A stretch of DNA of 64,000 nucleotides from Oscillospiraceae bacterium (GTDB taxonomy: Bacteria; Bacillota; Clostridia; Oscillospirales; CAG-382), in the NCBI GenBank assembly GCA_015063885.1, contig SVTH01000001.1:91182-155181 (forward strand), read 5' to 3'. Position 1 is the stretch's first letter. Each line of letters opens with the position of its first letter. Positions 41,046 to 50,804 of this stretch are shown piece after piece. The notes under the pieces were generated by a model. It was not told where the DNA came from. It searched no databases and worked only from the letters and a program-made list of their open reading frames with translations. Both the position numbers and the translations under genes were made by a program.

Positions 41046-43088
41046 ATGGAACGTCAAAAATCCTCTTGTAAACGAACAACAAAGCTGTTTGAGAAATGGC
41101 GCCTGGTGGCCGCCTTTTTGATCCTGTACGACCTGGTAGTGGCGGCAGGCTCCTTCTTCCTGGCACTGTGGATCCGCTTTGACTGTCAGTATACGGCCAT
41201 CCCCGTCCACTACTTCCAAAGCTGGCTGTCCTTCGCACCCATCTATGCGATTGCGGTGGTGCTGGTGTTCTGGAAATCTCACCTCTACCAAAGCATCTGG
41301 AAATTCGCAAGCTTCGTGGAGCTGGAGCGGATCTCCGTGGCTACCGTCATCCTGGCGGTCTTCCACATGGTGTTCATCACGGCACTCTTCTGCCGGATGC
41401 CCATCACCTATTACATCATCGGCTTCTTCTTCCAGTACCTGTTCACCGTTTTGGTAAGATTTACCTACCGCTTTATTTTGCTGGAGCGTGGGAAGCGCCG
41501 TAAGGCCGAGCAAAACGCCTTGGCAAGCCGTGTGATGCTCATCGGTGCGGGAACCGCAGGACAGATGCTTTTGCGGGATCTTCACCGTGCCAAGGACAGC
41601 ACCAACCGTGTGCTGTGTATCATCGACGACGACGAAAACAAATGGGGCCGTTTTATCGACGGCGTGCCCATTGTCGGCGGCAGAGAGCAGATATTGTTGA
41701 ATGTCGAAAAATACAAGATCGAAAAGATCTTCCTGGTTATCCCCAGCGCCACCCCGGAACAACGACGGGATATTCTGGACATCTGCAAGGAGACGGGATG
41801 CGAGCTGAAAAACCTCCCCAGCTCCTATTGCATGGTTCCCGACAGCATCACCGCAAGCTCCGTGGTGGACGTTGACGTAGAGGATCTTCTGGGCAGAGCC
41901 GCCGTAAAGGTGGATATGGAGGAGATCTGCAACTTTATCGCCGACAAGGTGATCCTGGTCACCGGTGGCGGCGGTTCCATCGGCAGTGAGCTTTGCCGTC
42001 AGATCGCAGAGCATCACCCCAAGAAGCTGATCGTCTTCGACATCTACGAAAACAACGCCCACGCCATCGGATTGGAGCTGCGGGACAAATTCCCCGCACT
42101 GGACTTAGAGGTGCTCATCGGCTCAGTGCGTGACAGCCGCCGTATCGGACAGGTCTTCGCCAAGTACAAGCCCGATGTGGTCTACCACGCCGCCGCACAC
42201 AAGCACGTCCCCCTCATGGAGGACAGCCCCTGCGAATCCATCAAAAACAACGCCATCGGCACCTATAAGACCGCATACGCCGCCATGACCAACGGCTGCA
42301 AGCGGTTCGTGCTGATCTCCACGGATAAGGCCGTGAACCCCACCAACATCATGGGCGCCTCCAAGCGCCTTTGCGAAATGATCGTCCAGTCCTTCGATCG
42401 GAAGATCCGTGACGGAAGAGCGGGCGACCTGTGCCCCCTCCGCCTCCATTCCGAGGAGGCCGACTACGCCATGCCGGCGATCTCCCTGACCGAAAAGCCC
42501 GCCACGGAATTCGTTGCCGTGCGTTTCGGCAACGTGTTGGGAAGCAACGGCTCCGTCATCCCCCGCTTCAAGGAACAGATCGCCAAGGGCGGTCCCGTCA
42601 CCGTCACCCACCCGGATATCATCCGCTACTTTATGACCATTCCCGAGGCTGCCTCCCTGGTGCTCCAGGCGGGCACCTACGCCGCAGGCGGAGAGATCTT
42701 CGTCCTGGATATGGGCTCTCCCGTAAAGATCGACACCCTGGCAAGAAACCTGATCCTCCTGTCCGGTCTGCGGCCCGACGTGGATATCAAGATCTCCTAC
42801 ACGGGCCTGCGCCCCGGTGAAAAGCTTTACGAAGAAAAGCTGATGTCCGAGGAAGGCCTGCGCACCACCCCCAACCGCCTGATCCATATCGGAAGCCCCA
42901 TTCCCTTCGATACCGATGAATTCCTGGAGCAGCTTGGGCTGTTGATGATTGCGGCATATGACGGGGAAGAGGACATGATCCGCAGCCTGGTCTCCCAAGC
43001 CGTCCCCACCTACCGCCCTGCAGGAAAGCACGGCTCCGAGGAAAAAGGCGCCGCCTACGAGCAGCAGCTGGCATCCGCCAATTCATAA
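41046..43088 (+). CDS. capD: Membrane-bound polysaccharide biosynthesis protein CapD/PglF/WbpM type (UDP-GlcNAc 4,6-dehydratase)
   Basis: Trimmed to ATG 41046, after GAGAGGG. 4 N-terminal TM helices, VLVTGGGGSIGSEL, YHAAAHKHVPLME, STDKAVNPTNIMGASKRLCE. Confidence 0.9.
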   Translation: MERQKSSCKRTTKLFEKWRLVAAFLILYDLVVAAGSFFLALWIRFDCQYTAIPVHYFQSWLSFAPIYAIAVVLVFWKSHLYQSIWKFASFVELERISVATVILAVFHMVFITALFCRMPITYYIIGFFFQYLFTVLVRFTYRFILLERGKRRKAEQNALASRVMLIGAGTAGQMLLRDLHRAKDSTNRVLCIIDDDENKWGRFIDGVPIVGGREQILLNVEKYKIEKIFLVIPSATPEQRRDILDICKETGCELKNLPSSYCMVPDSITASSVVDVDVEDLLGRAAVKVDMEEICNFIADKVILVTGGGGSIGSELCRQIAEHHPKKLIVFDIYENNAHAIGLELRDKFPALDLEVLIGSVRDSRRIGQVFAKYKPDVVYHAAAHKHVPLMEDSPCESIKNNAIGTYKTAYAAMTNGCKRFVLISTDKAVNPTNIMGASKRLCEMIVQSFDRKIRDGRAGDLCPLRLHSEEADYAMPAISLTEKPATEFVAVRFGNVLGSNGSVIPRFKEQIAKGGPVTVTHPDIIRYFMTIPEAASLVLQAGTYAAGGEIFVLDMGSPVKIDTLARNLILLSGLRPDVDIKISYTGLRPGEKLYEEKLMSEEGLRTTPNRLIHIGSPIPFDTDEFLEQLGLLMIAAYDGEEDMIRSLVSQAVPTYRPAGKHGSEEKGAAYEQQLASANS

Positions 43089-43102
43089 GGAACACCCCAA
43101 TC

Positions 43103-43131
43103 AGCGTACGGAAAAAACCCGTACGCTTTTT
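43103..43131 (+). terminator. Terminator after capD
   Basis: agcgtacgg / ccgtacgct stem, then tttt. Confidence 0.7.
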
Positions 43132-43140
43132 GCTTTGCCA

Positions 43141-43172
43141 AAAAAAGACAGCCGCCGAAAAAGCAGCTGTCT
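43141..43172 (-). terminator. Terminator of the giant minus-strand gene
   Basis: agacagc / gctgtct stem, with a T-run on the minus strand (A-run 43141-43146). Confidence 0.6.
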
Positions 43173-43181
43173 TTTCGAATG

Positions 43182-46100
43182 TTAACCTATCTGCTGCATC
43201 AACAGAACGCAGTCGTAAATGGTCAGCACGCCGTCGAAGTCAAAGTCGAACAATGCCTCCGACTCCGTGTTGCCCACCAGGATGGACAGGAGCAGCTGTG
43301 CGTCCCCTTCGGTAACCGCGCCGTCCCCGTCCACGTCGTAATCGACCGCCTTTTCACGGCTCTCCACCTCACCGCAGACGCGGCAAGTACGTTCCTCCCT
43401 GCCGGGCGCACCGTCAGTCCAATCGCTCCAATCGTGCCCTGCCGCAGGAATCACTTCCTCCTGCAGAACAACGCCGCAATGGATGCAGACCTCTTGCTTC
43501 AACCCGTCCTCGGAACAGGTGGCTTCCTTTGCAACCACCCATTCTCCGCCGTGCTGAGCGCAAGGCTCCGCCGTGCGGAACTCAACGGGCTTCTTGCAAA
43601 CAGTGCAATACCGTGCTTCCACGCTGTCCTCGCCCTGCTCACCGGGCAGATACAGCTCCCAATCGGAAAGCACGTGAGCACAACCCACAGACTGAACGCC
43701 CGTGCCGTTGCCCTGCACCTCGTCTACCCGACGGAACCTGCCGCACTCGGAGCACACGAAGTAATACGCCCGATCGCCCTCGTACCCGAACAGCAGATCC
43801 AGCAACTTCTCGATCAGGATCCGCAGCCAGGACTTGGCAACGTACTTCTTCTCGTACTTGTGCGCCGTCTTGGGAATGCTTTCCCGCACCTGACGCCCGC
43901 ACTCTTCGCAGGTGTAAAGCGCCGTCCCCTCCTGATCGCAGGTAGGCTCCTTGACCACCTTCGGGGTGTAACGATGCCCCGCGGCGGGAATCACTTCCGT
44001 TTCCTCCAGACCGCATTCCCCGCAAGAACGGACCTTCAACCCTTCCTTCTTGCAGGAAGCAGGGATATCCGCCGTCCACTCACCAAAGGCATGCCCCTTG
44101 GCAGGCGTCACGTCGGTTCTCACCTCGCGGCCGCAGGTGCCGCAGGTATGGAGCACGTAACCCTCCTCCGTACAGGTGGGCTGTACGGTGACGGAGGTAT
44201 CACTGTGTCCCAAAGCCTCCACGTGATCCGTACCGTAATACTCGTCGCAAACGGTACAGGTGTGCTTGTAGAAGCCCTTTTCCTCGCAGGTGGGCGCCAC
44301 CCAAACGGCCTCGCCGTAAACGTGTCCGTCACCGTGATGCTTCCAGGAAGCGTAGATGGTCACGTCGCCCGTCACGGTCATTCCTTCGTAGTGGTTGCTC
44401 CACCCCAGGAAATCGTGCCCCTTCTTCTCGGGCGCCTCGGGCAACACCACCAAACTGCCGTAGGGCAGGGTAGCGGTGTGGTAAACCTTGCCGTTCAGAT
44501 CTCCGAAGGTCACGGTGTAAAGTTTCTGAACCTTCTCTACGATGGGGCGGACCTCCAGATCCACCGCCGTGGTTGCGGGGATGTGATCCGCTATCCAGTC
44601 GCCGTCCAGATCCCAGCCCTTCACAACGTAGGAGAACCCTTCTTCTCCTTCCGGCTCGTAAACGGGTAGCCGAATGATCTCGCTGTTCAGCTTGGGCTCA
44701 CGGCTGATCACGTTCCCCTCACCGTCGTAGAAGGTCACCCAGCTCCATTCATCTCCGTAAACCACCTTGTTTCCGTTGCTCCACCCCGGGAAGTTATCGT
44801 CCCACCGCAGATCCTGCTCCAACGCCTCCACGTAAATGGTAATCCCGGTGATGTTTTCTGATGTGAAGAGGGTTTGGCAATGCCGCAGATCGGAGGGAGA
44901 AACAGTATCGCAGATCACAACGCTTTTCAGCGTCAACGGGAGATTGTACAAACCACTTGTAAATTCATCTATTTTATAGATGAAAAGAGTTTCGACGTTG
45001 GTGGGTAAATCATTTAAATGATGCCAAATCGCCTGTTTAAGCATATTACATCCTTGGTATGCACTATAGCAAACGCCTCGAATCCCGTCTATTTTGCTCA
45101 TATATTCGCAATTTTCTGACAATTCAATCAACCAACCGTCGATGATAATTCCTTGGGAGCATTGATACTTAGGGTTGTTGAACAATTTGGTACAGCCGAA
45201 GAATGGCGACAGACCAAGGCTTTCCAAACTTTCGGGAAGGTTAATGCTTTCTAAGTTAGAGCAATTCTCAAAGGCACCTTCTCCAATGGATCTAATGTTA
45301 TCCGGAAGCGTAATGCTGGTTAGGTTGTTGCATCCGCTAAAAGCCTTCTCATCGATATAGGTGACACTGCCCGGTATGACAATACTTGTTAGTCCTGTGC
45401 GGTTTTTAAACGAACTATGTCCAATGTAGGTCACACCGAAGGGAATCGAAACACTTCCTTGGATTCTGGCGGGAACGTAAATAATTCTTGTGCCATCCTT
45501 AGAATACAGAACGCCATCGTAGGAAGAAAATGTTGGGTGATCTGCCGCAACGGTAATTCTCTGCACTCCGCTTTCGGTTCCAAACGTAGGGATTGATGTT
45601 ATTTCATTCGGAATAATAACTTCCTTGACGCCGCAGAAATTATGAATTGAATAAGTAACGCCATTAATGCTCGTGGGAAGCTCTACTGCATCCAATTCTC
45701 CGATGTATGCTATCAATGTATACCGATCTTTTTCGTAGATAAAGCGGAAACCCTCTGCGGTATCAACATAGGTGCTCTTGCTGTTTTCATCTAACCAAAT
45801 TTTGTTTCCGTTGGCATCTGTTACAACTTTTGAATAATAGCCGACATAGCCTGCGGCTTCGCTTCCGGGTATAATCGTAAGGGAGCTATTATTAACTACC
45901 TCAAACAAATTGACGCAGCCGTTAAACGCATTGGTATTAATTGCAACCACGTTTTCGGGAATTGTAATTTTCGTTAATCCGGAGCAACCGAAGAACATCG
46001 ACCAACTGAGCGCCTTCAAATTCTCGGGCAACGTAACTTGAGTAAGGTTGCAACAACCGCTAAAGATACTTTCACCAACATCGGTTACATTTTTACCAAT

Positions 46101-49100
46101 ATAGACCGTTCTTAAATTTTGGCAATCCATAAACGCTTGAGTCTCAATCCGAGTCACGCTATCGGGGATCGTAATGCTGATCAACTTGTTTGATCCGGTA
46201 AACATATGTGCTGGAATTGTCGTGATTCCTTCGGGAAGAATCACATTTCCCGGAATCTCATCGGAAACGTAAACAATTCGCGTCAGCTCTTTGTCGTAAA
46301 GGATCCCGTCCTTCCAGACAAAAGCGTTGTTACTGCTTGACACTTCCAACTTAGTGCTTTGGGGGAACGCACTCTCTCCAATACTAGTTACCGTATCGGG
46401 AATCGTGATAGACTTTAGCTTGTAGCAATACATGAAAGCGCCGTAGTCAATTGCAGTTAAGCCTTCAGGCAAAGTGACAGTGCTCAAATTTTCGCATTGA
46501 CTGAATGCCCACGCTCCGATTGCAGTAACCCTATCGGGAATTGTAATTTCGGTCAGGCTACCGCAAAAACGGAACGCATACCCTTCGATCCGTTCAACAC
46601 TGCTCGGAAGCTCAATGTGTTTCAAACTGCTGCAGCCGCTAAAAGCTTCGATAGGAATTGTTGTTATGCCATACGGAATGTTGATGCTTGTTAAACTACT
46701 GCACCCCAAAAATGCATGATCGTAAATAACAGATAGGTTGTTGGGAAGCGCGATGTTTAGCAAACTACTGCAGTTTCTAAAAGCCGCCCCGCTAATTTGG
46801 GTTAAGCTGTCCGGAAGGGAGACGCTTGTCAAATGAATGCAATTCGAAAATGCATTAGAACCAATCCGCGTAACTCCTTCCGGGATTACGATGCTTCTTA
46901 ACTTTACGTTCTCGGAAAAAGCAGAATCGGGAATCTGTGTTATTCCGTTCGGCAAACTCAAATTTTCCGGAATCTTGTCGCTGACAAATATGATTTTTTT
47001 AAAGTCTGCGTCATATAGGATACCGTCAAGCATCCGATACGCTGTATTTGAGCCGACAAAAGCCACATCCGTGTTTTTTGAAAACGCATTTTCGCCAATG
47101 TCGCAAACGCTTTCCGGAATGTCAATCTTTGCTAATTTGGGACACTGCACAAAGGCACGCGTTTCTATTGTAGAAACAGTATTCGGAAGAGAGACCGATC
47201 CCAAATTATCGCAACCTTCGAACACACCACAGCTTATTTGCTGCACTCCTTCAGGGATTTCTATCTCCGACAAGCTTGAGCAATTGGCAAAAGCATAGAC
47301 TTCGATGGTTTTCACTCGTTCGGACATTTTAATGGATTTGAGGTTAGAGCACTGACTAAACGCCATCACGCCTATTTCAGTTACACTATTCGGTAGAGTC
47401 ACACTTTTAATAGATTTGTTTTCATAAAAAGCATATTCATCGATACGGACTCTCCCTTCGGGAATGACCACATTTACGCCGCCGATAAAACGATCTATTT
47501 TGTAGGGGTTACCGTTTATATCTTTGGGTAAAGCAATCGTTTCCGATAAACCTTTATATGCGCACAGTGTATAGGTGTTATCCGAATCTTTCGTGAACAA
47601 GAATTGGTCGCTTGTTTCTATGTATTCGATTCCTGTATCCACATAGTTCTTATTTCCATCTCTATCAACGATCAAATTTGCGTTTACAGCAATCCCACCG
47701 TAAGAATCGCTTCCCAGCTGCAGATCAAGTGTGCTATAATTATAGATAGTTCGAAGATCACTGAACTCGAACGCATATGATTCGATGTTTTTCAGATTGG
47801 CGCCCAATGTGATCATGCTTAGGCCGCTCCAAGAGAAGGCCTTTTCTTCAATCGTGATAACGTTATCCGGTATGACGATATTCTGTAATTTATAACAACC
47901 ATCGAACGCTTCTGCACCGATGTAGGTTACTCCTTCAGGAATTTCGACTATCGCTAAGTTATGACACAGACGGAAGGTTCCTTTTTCAATTGATGTGAGG
48001 CCTTTCGGGAGGGATACCTTATACAAATTTGAGCAACCTCCAAATACTCCATAGTCCATAGTTGTAACACTATCGGGGATCTCAAGTGTCTCAAAGCCCG
48101 AGCCGGCAAAGGCGCACAATTCTAAGGTAGTTAAACTATTCGGAAGGATCAGCTCCGTGATATTATGAACATTTTCAAATGCATAATACCCGATAGATGT
48201 TGTTTCTTTCGAAAGCTCCAATCTTCCTTGTATGCCGGAACCAAAGTGCCCTTTGTAAGGTTTTACCACTACTTTCTTTTGGAAAGTATCATACCAATAT
48301 GCCGTGATCACATTCGTCAACTCATATTTCGCCGTCGTCTCCGCAAAAGCATTTTCGTGTAATACACTTACAGAATGGGGCATGTTGATGGTTTCCAAGC
48401 CGAGACAGTAAGCAAACCCACCGGTATAAACCGCGGTAATCCCCTCCGTAATGGTCACGGTTTTCAAGCTTTCCGGCACGTAAGTCTCGTTCGCTTCATA
48501 CGCTCCCGCACCAAAGATATAACCAAACCAAGAGATCTCCTCGTCCTCGTAAGAGGCGCCGATAAAGGGCAGGGTGACCTCGGTGAGCTTGTTGCAATCC
48601 TCAAAAGCGCCGATGCCGATGATCAGCTCCTTCTTGTTGGTGTCCGGGATGGTCAGCTTGGTGATGTCCGTGCCCAGGAAGGCGTACGCCCCGATATCGA
48701 TGAGCGTCTCGGGAGCGGTAAACTCCCCGCCGATGGAGGTATACGCAAAGGCATAGTCATAGATCCCCTTGACGGCGTTGCTTTCGCCCAGGGGCAGGGA
48801 AGTGATCTTAGCGCACCCGTAGAAGGCGAAATCCGAGATCTCCACGATGGCATCGGGAATCACGATGTTCTCCAGATTGATATCCCCGCAGAAAGCGCCC
48901 TCGTAGATACCCTTCAGACAGTTGCCCTTTGCAAAATTCACGGTGTGCAGCTTTTCGCAGTAAGCGAATGCGTAGTAGTCAATAGACACCACGCTGGCAG
49001 GGACGTGGATCACGGTCAGATTCTTCGCCCGGAAGAAAGCACGGTAGCCAAAGGTCAGAATGTTGGCATTAGGATCAAACAATACCTCCTCCAGCGCCGT

Positions 49101-50804
49101 GTTCTCAAAGGCGCCGAACCCGATCTCCTCCACGGAGATCGGCACCGTCAAAGAGCCCGTTCTGCCCGCCGGCACGGTGACCAGCTTTCTGCCGTCCTTG
49201 GAAAGGAGCAGTCCGTCCACCGCCTTGAAGTTGGGGTTATTCCCGTCCACGGTGATGGCGGTAAGGTTTTCCAGGCCCACGAAGCAATATTCCCCGATAT
49301 ACGTCACGTTGGCGGGGATATGCAGGCTTTCCAGCCCCGTGTTGTAGAACACGTTGCTTTGCAGCTTCAGCCCTGCGTTGTTGCCGAAGGTCACGGACTT
49401 CAGCGTCAAAATATCCCGGAAGGCGTTGTGCCCTACGTTGACCACGCTGTCGGGCAGGACGACGGAAACCAGCTTCGTCCCCATAAAGGCGTTCTTGGGG
49501 ATCTCCGTCAGAGCAAAGCCCTCTGCAAAGGTCAGGGAGGTCAGTCCGCTTTCCATAAAGACGCCGGTTCCCAAAGCGGTCAGGGATGCGGGCAGCTTCA
49601 CGGAGGTCAGCTTCTCCGTCCCCCGGAAAGCATACTGCTCAATCACGGAAACGGCAGCACCCTTTTCGAAGGTAAGGCTCTGAAGCTCCGAATACGCAAA
49701 GGCCTCACGCCCGATGAAGGTCACGGAAGCGGGAATGGCAATTTCCCTCAAAGCGGCGTATTGGAACGCCTCCGCCTGAATGGTGGTCAAGGTCTCGGGC
49801 AGGATCACCTTTTCCGCCGTGCTGTCCTTGAAAGCCCCGCCGCCGATGGTGGTAATGGGCGCACCAAGGTTGACGGTAGTGAGATCCACCGTCTTTTCCG
49901 TACCTAAGTATTCCAGAATCGCAAGATTCCCGGAGCCGAGAACCGCATAACGGAAGTCTCCCGCCGTTTCAACAGCGGAAACTCCGGTGTAATAGCCGCG
50001 AATGCCGTAATCCCAGTTTTCATCCAGGTATGCGGGCATGGTCTCGGCTTTCATATAAAGGTCAAGATCGTTCGTCCCCAGGAAGGCGTAGCTTCCGATG
50101 TGCTCAACACCTTCGGGAAGCGCCAGATCGGAGAGGGACTTACAACCGTAGAAGGCGTATCTTCCCACACTCTTCACGGAGTCGGGAAGGGAGAGGGAAG
50201 TGAGGCTTTCACAGAAGCGGAAGGCGAAGTTGTCAACGTTTTCCGGCTTCGCATCTCCGAAGTCCACGTAGCTCAGCTTGTCCATCCCCTCCAAGCCGTG
50301 GGCCTGGATAGAAGTCAGCTTGCTTCCGGGAAGGAAGGTAATCGTTTGCAAATTCTCGCACCCGTCGAACATGTAAGCGGAGATGCTCTCCAGCTTGCTG
50401 TTTTCCGCAAAGGTGATGGCGGAAAGCGATCTGCTTCCCACAAACGCCTCCTGCGCAATGGTGGAAACGCTTGCGGGCACGGTGAAGGATTGCAGCCCCG
50501 TATAAGCAAAGGCGGCAAAACCGATCCGGGGAAGCCTTGCGGTCTCGTTGAAGGTTACGGAATACAAATTCCAATCCTCCGCAAAGGCGTACCGCCCGAT
50601 CTGCAAAACGTTATCGGGAATATGGATATTTGTCAGATCGGTACAGGAAGAAAATGCGTATTCCCGGATCTCTGCCAAGGAGTCGGGCAACGTGATATAG
50701 TCGATCCCGGATGCGCAAAAGCCGTACTCACCCAACAAGGTCAACCCTTCGGGAAGAACGGCGGTGACCAGGTTCTTCGTACCCGCAAAGGCGTACGCCG
50801 CCAC
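43182..50804 (-). CDS. 3' segment of giant surface protein: BspA-type leucine-rich repeats, InlB-B repeat, Cys-rich repeats, C-terminal dockerin
   Basis: 2540-aa ORF with no signal peptide of its own. Dozens of repeats of the form IP..V..IG..AF..C..L. YTVTFGDLNGKVY...GHDFLGWS. Five to seven GH..PTC.eeG...C..CG repeats. DYDVDGDGAVT...DFDFDGVLTIYD (dockerin). The reading frame stays open upstream to 50864, into the 5' segment. Confidence 0.75.
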   Translation of the reverse strand: MAAYAFAGTKNLVTAVLPEGLTLLGEYGFCASGIDYITLPDSLAEIREYAFSSCTDLTNIHIPDNVLQIGRYAFAEDWNLYSVTFNETARLPRIGFAAFAYTGLQSFTVPASVSTIAQEAFVGSRSLSAITFAENSKLESISAYMFDGCENLQTITFLPGSKLTSIQAHGLEGMDKLSYVDFGDAKPENVDNFAFRFCESLTSLSLPDSVKSVGRYAFYGCKSLSDLALPEGVEHIGSYAFLGTNDLDLYMKAETMPAYLDENWDYGIRGYYTGVSAVETAGDFRYAVLGSGNLAILEYLGTEKTVDLTTVNLGAPITTIGGGAFKDSTAEKVILPETLTTIQAEAFQYAALREIAIPASVTFIGREAFAYSELQSLTFEKGAAVSVIEQYAFRGTEKLTSVKLPASLTALGTGVFMESGLTSLTFAEGFALTEIPKNAFMGTKLVSVVLPDSVVNVGHNAFRDILTLKSVTFGNNAGLKLQSNVFYNTGLESLHIPANVTYIGEYCFVGLENLTAITVDGNNPNFKAVDGLLLSKDGRKLVTVPAGRTGSLTVPISVEEIGFGAFENTALEEVLFDPNANILTFGYRAFFRAKNLTVIHVPASVVSIDYYAFAYCEKLHTVNFAKGNCLKGIYEGAFCGDINLENIVIPDAIVEISDFAFYGCAKITSLPLGESNAVKGIYDYAFAYTSIGGEFTAPETLIDIGAYAFLGTDITKLTIPDTNKKELIIGIGAFEDCNKLTEVTLPFIGASYEDEEISWFGYIFGAGAYEANETYVPESLKTVTITEGITAVYTGGFAYCLGLETINMPHSVSVLHENAFAETTAKYELTNVITAYWYDTFQKKVVVKPYKGHFGSGIQGRLELSKETTSIGYYAFENVHNITELILPNSLTTLELCAFAGSGFETLEIPDSVTTMDYGVFGGCSNLYKVSLPKGLTSIEKGTFRLCHNLAIVEIPEGVTYIGAEAFDGCYKLQNIVIPDNVITIEEKAFSWSGLSMITLGANLKNIESYAFEFSDLRTIYNYSTLDLQLGSDSYGGIAVNANLIVDRDGNKNYVDTGIEYIETSDQFLFTKDSDNTYTLCAYKGLSETIALPKDINGNPYKIDRFIGGVNVVIPEGRVRIDEYAFYENKSIKSVTLPNSVTEIGVMAFSQCSNLKSIKMSERVKTIEVYAFANCSSLSEIEIPEGVQQISCGVFEGCDNLGSVSLPNTVSTIETRAFVQCPKLAKIDIPESVCDIGENAFSKNTDVAFVGSNTAYRMLDGILYDADFKKIIFVSDKIPENLSLPNGITQIPDSAFSENVKLRSIVIPEGVTRIGSNAFSNCIHLTSVSLPDSLTQISGAAFRNCSSLLNIALPNNLSVIYDHAFLGCSSLTSINIPYGITTIPIEAFSGCSSLKHIELPSSVERIEGYAFRFCGSLTEITIPDRVTAIGAWAFSQCENLSTVTLPEGLTAIDYGAFMYCYKLKSITIPDTVTSIGESAFPQSTKLEVSSSNNAFVWKDGILYDKELTRIVYVSDEIPGNVILPEGITTIPAHMFTGSNKLISITIPDSVTRIETQAFMDCQNLRTVYIGKNVTDVGESIFSGCCNLTQVTLPENLKALSWSMFFGCSGLTKITIPENVVAINTNAFNGCVNLFEVVNNSSLTIIPGSEAAGYVGYYSKVVTDANGNKIWLDENSKSTYVDTAEGFRFIYEKDRYTLIAYIGELDAVELPTSINGVTYSIHNFCGVKEVIIPNEITSIPTFGTESGVQRITVAADHPTFSSYDGVLYSKDGTRIIYVPARIQGSVSIPFGVTYIGHSSFKNRTGLTSIVIPGSVTYIDEKAFSGCNNLTSITLPDNIRSIGEGAFENCSNLESINLPESLESLGLSPFFGCTKLFNNPKYQCSQGIIIDGWLIELSENCEYMSKIDGIRGVCYSAYQGCNMLKQAIWHHLNDLPTNVETLFIYKIDEFTSGLYNLPLTLKSVVICDTVSPSDLRHCQTLFTSENITGITIYVEALEQDLRWDDNFPGWSNGNKVVYGDEWSWVTFYDGEGNVISREPKLNSEIIRLPVYEPEGEEGFSYVVKGWDLDGDWIADHIPATTAVDLEVRPIVEKVQKLYTVTFGDLNGKVYHTATLPYGSLVVLPEAPEKKGHDFLGWSNHYEGMTVTGDVTIYASWKHHGDGHVYGEAVWVAPTCEEKGFYKHTCTVCDEYYGTDHVEALGHSDTSVTVQPTCTEEGYVLHTCGTCGREVRTDVTPAKGHAFGEWTADIPASCKKEGLKVRSCGECGLEETEVIPAAGHRYTPKVVKEPTCDQEGTALYTCEECGRQVRESIPKTAHKYEKKYVAKSWLRILIEKLLDLLFGYEGDRAYYFVCSECGRFRRVDEVQGNGTGVQSVGCAHVLSDWELYLPGEQGEDSVEARYCTVCKKPVEFRTAEPCAQHGGEWVVAKEATCSEDGLKQEVCIHCGVVLQEEVIPAAGHDWSDWTDGAPGREERTCRVCGEVESREKAVDYDVDGDGAVTEGDAQLLLSILVGNTESEALFDFDFDGVLTIYDCVLLMQQIG

